Source of the DNA: Lingula anatina
Lineage: Eukaryota; Animalia; Brachiopoda
Length of the DNA: 64,000 bases
Reading direction: 5' to 3'
NCBI GenBank assembly: GCA_051362555.1
Contig: CM120640.1
Location: forward strand, 68,488,788 to 68,552,787
In this document: one piece after another, positions 60,701 through 64,000 of the stretch
How the letters are laid out: every line of letters begins with the position of its first letter
How positions within the stretch are numbered: the stretch's first letter is position 1
Made by a program: the position numbers and the translations under genes
Notes under the pieces: generated by a model
What the model was told of the DNA's origin: nothing
What the model saw: only the letters and a program-made list of their open reading frames with translations
The model's database searches: none

Positions 60701-63700
60701 GAGCATAGCTCAGCAGAAAAAAACACCATTCTTCTAAACAGTTATGTCTTAGTTAGAGTAAGGAAATAAAACATTTTTCTTCATATTGAAGATCAGATTA
60801 AATTGTAATATTTGCTGTTAAAAAGGTATGAAGGTTTTAATAACAAATGTAAATTTCACAATGTTTCTTCACTAGGTGACAAAGATGACAGAAAACAAAA
60901 AGTTCCCAGAGACTGTTGATATAACAGAACTGAAGAAGGTTGTGACACAGTTGATGAGTTGGTTGGTCGTTCTAACACCGTCTGTGTACTTCAGTGTATT
61001 ATGTGATTTTATTAAGATACTGCAGATAGTACCAAGCATTGGAGTTTCTGTAAGTATACCATGTCAGAAATGCCAGTAACAGTGTGTTAGAGGGGATAGT
61101 AATAACCTTATCAAATAAACTTCTTTTAACAAGATTCATAATTTTTATGTACAGACACAGATGTGTCTGTACATATTGCCATCACCTGCGTCTGTCGTCG
61201 CCGTCGCCGTCGCCGATCATGTCGCCGTGCACTTTCAGCGTTAACACCATAAGTGGAAGACAGTTTTACTTTTTGGCTTTATATTTACAGAGCTGATGAA
61301 TATTCATAAAACGCAGGTCAAGTTCGAAAATCTGCATGATCGGGCCATTATTGTAGAATTTATGCTGTTTTTTTCACTTTTCAGCATATATGCAACACTG
61401 TTAACACATTTCAAGGAAAACTGATAGGCTTGTTGTCATGAAACTCACTGGAGTAATCAATCTTACTAAAACACAGGTCAAGTTCGAAAATCGGCATGAT
61501 CGGACCATTATTTTATAAGTTATGCTGTTTTTTCACTTTTCAGCATATATGCAAAACTGTTAACACATTTCAAAGAAAACCCATAGGCCTGTTGTCATGA
61601 AACTCACAGGAGTAATCAATCTTACTAAAACGCAGGTCAAGTTCGAAAATCAGCATAATCGGACCACTATTTTATAAGTTATGCTGTTTTTTCACATTTC
61701 CTCAGATTCAATTCTTAGGCATGTTAACAGTCTCTTTATTTAATTAATAAGATACGTAAAAGTGTTTGTTTGACATTTCCTGCATCTTTACAACATTGTT
61801 AGTTGATTACATAAAAATGATGGTAAACCTGTAATTGTGTATTGTGTAATAAAGTGTCAAAAATGGAAATAAACTCATATCATTGCAGTTTGTAAGATTC
61901 AATCATTCGCTATGTTCAGAAACTCAGAATGGAGGAAATTGGACATTTGACACTGTTCTATTGATATTTTTCACATCTCATCAATTTTCTTAGTTGATCA
62001 TAAAAAAATGGCAGTAAAATGTTAATTTTGTTTTATGTTAAAAAAGTGTTAAAAATGGAAATAAACCCATTTCAGAATAGTGCTGTCTTGTTTCACATTT
62101 CCTCAGATTCAATTTTTAGGCATGTTAACAGTTTCATTATTTAATTAATAAGATAAGTAAAAATGTTTGTTTGACATTTCCTGCATCTTTACAACATTGT
62201 TAGTTGATTTTGTAAAAATGATGGTAAACTTGTTATCGTGTATTGTGTAATAAAGTTTCAAAAATGGAAATAAACTCATATCATTACAGTTTGTAAGATT
62301 CAATCATTCACTATGTTCAGAAACTCAGAATGGAGGAAATTGGACATTTGACACTGTTCTATTGATATTTTTCCCATCTCATCAATTTTCTTAGTTGATC
62401 ATATAAAAATGGCAGTAAACTGTTAATTTTGTTTTATGTTAAAAAAGTGTTAAAAATGAAAAAAAAAAAAAATTTCAGAACAGTGCTGTCTTGTTTACAT
62501 TTTGGCATTTTCAAGTTGTGACTTTGAAGTTCCATGGGCCTGAAGACCTTTGCTAGTCACATTTTCTGTATATCCTTAATACTAAAATTTTATTATTAAA
62601 AATTGATGGTCATTATGCTGTTAAACGTTATGTAATATTGCATCAAAATTTGGAAAAAAAATATTTTGGGCACTGCTCCCATGATGGCCATTTAAGAAAA
62701 ATCATGTCACTTACTGTTCTCAAACTTACAGGAAAGAAACATGGGACTAAAATACAGCTTCAGTAGGCAATGCAGTCTGTTTGGTAATTCTTTCTGCTAG
62801 TTAAACAGTTTTTTTTTGTGAAAATTTAATTTTTCACATATTGGCATTTTCAAGGTGTGACTTTGAAGTTCCATGGGCTTGAAGACCCATGCTAGTCACA
62901 TTTTCTGAAAATCCATGATACGTATATTTTATTATTAAAAATTGACGGTCATTATGCTGTTAACCATTATGTAATATTGCATCAGAATAGAAGAAAACAC
63001 AATTTTGGGTGCTGCTGCCATGATGACCATTATGGGAAAACCATGTTACTGATGATTGCCAAACGTTCAAAAAAGAAACACAGGACTAAAATGCAGCCTG
63101 AGTTGGAAAAGCAGTCTAATTGGCTTCTTTTTCTGGAAGTTATACATTTTCAAAGTGTGAACTTGAACTGCCATGGGCCTGAAGCCTTATGCTTGTTACA
63201 CATTTTACTTACATTGGTATTACCTGTTGAGCATAATTAAAATTTGATGTTGAATTTGCAGTTTAACATAATGTACTTTTGCATCAGAATTGACAGTAGC
63301 CTATTTTGTGCATAGTTATTTCCTGCTTTTTGTCTGTACACTTGACAGCTTTGCTGCCTTGTTTAATGTTACATGTACCATGGTTACTTGCCTTTATTAG
63401 AATATTTCTCTTTATAATATCATTGGGAAATTTTCATTTCTCTGATTAAATGATGCCAATGCATGCACTATTACATGTTTTGCTTGATGGATAATTTCTA
63501 TATTTCAGGTAATTAAAAGCCATCTTTACAAAAATATGTCATCCAGTGAACTTGCTTTGTTTTATCTGCCTTTCTGCATGAAGGTATGCTTCTGTTGTTA
63601 ATTAGAAATAACTCAACATTTTGAAATGCTTTCTGCTGTTTAGGCATCCATTTATTATATTATGATTATTGTTATAAAAATACACTGCTAGAGAGAGATC

Positions 63701-64000
63701 AATAAAGTAAATTGAATTTTAATTTAAAAGAAATTCATTTAAGATTTTAGGGACATTGAGTTTATCTTTTCTTCTGTTAGAGTCATCTTGGTGATGGCTT
63801 GTTCACAAAAAATGAGGAAGAGTTGTTATTGTCTCATTTGATGAATCGTCTCAATCATCCGTCTCTCAGTGCTGGCCAGAAACTGCTGTTGTATGACTGG
63901 GTGATGCATTTCCCTGACCATAAGGTAATGGGAAATGTTCTGTGAAGTGTAGTTGTTGAAGCAGATAGCACATATTAATATCTTTACCTAGACCCACTCT
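57701..64000 (+). CDS. AP5B1: AP-5 complex subunit beta-1-like, 5' part (continues beyond the window)
   Basis: Spliced: MDFALLQSENWFREIVNFRSNPAAY..LQ|ALCTDTIQDAAKIHLLGLLQEY..|IEQTVASL..HILTTITTVL..|FIDLLLDVV..RLLRGTACQCLQEVEVMYP|GILL. This resembles the AP5B1 N-terminus (W..FRASPSAF, KVSLL..EY, LQATACECLRELE..PGLL). Approximate exons: 57701-57826, 58119-58213, 59039-59162, 59425-59559, 59777-59912, 60099-60148, 60440-60487, 60876-61049, 63509-63582, 63781-63923. Confidence 0.8.
61142..63363 (+). mobile_element. Non-autonomous Helentron/DINE-1-like (HINE) element, family A copy 2
   Basis: ttttt-atgtacagacacagatgtgtctgtacat palindrome, gtcgcc microsatellite, three ~160-bp units (caggtcaagttcgaaaat at 61314, 61474, 61633), an internal ~400-bp duplication (61690 and 62091), sub-terminal tgtctgtaca (63331-63340), stem-loop gacagctttgctgcc and a ttgttt end. 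Confidence 0.78.

Overview
This is AT-rich, intron-rich eukaryotic (animal) DNA. The repeat types suggest a marine invertebrate such as a mollusc (inference). Seven spliced protein-coding genes can be reconstructed by hand: a divergent Piwi-clade Argonaute (-, 17 coding exons, ~916 aa), PAGR1 (-), KIF22/KID (+), CHCHD2/10 (-), LRRC74 (+), ZCCHC4 (-) and AP5B1 (+, runs off the window). The last six form three head-to-head pairs. Mobile DNA includes a very young, intact Mag-type Ty3/Gypsy element with 101/102-bp LTRs in ZCCHC4 intron 1, a truncated Gypsy, an RTE LINE tail, three Helentron/DINE-1-like non-autonomous elements carrying internal tandem arrays, and several MITEs with clear TIRs or TSDs. 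The most notable observations are: (1) the Piwi ORF is intact but appears to lack the strand carrying the first catalytic Asp; (2) a 13 x 146-bp array in a CHCHD2 intron repeats a composite nuclear-receptor element; (3) a transposon end appears to supply a Piwi splice acceptor; (4) there is a recursive-splice-like 5'UTR exon in Piwi; (5) PAGR1 and KIF22 are linked as in human 16p11.2. All gene models are manual and not validated by transcripts.
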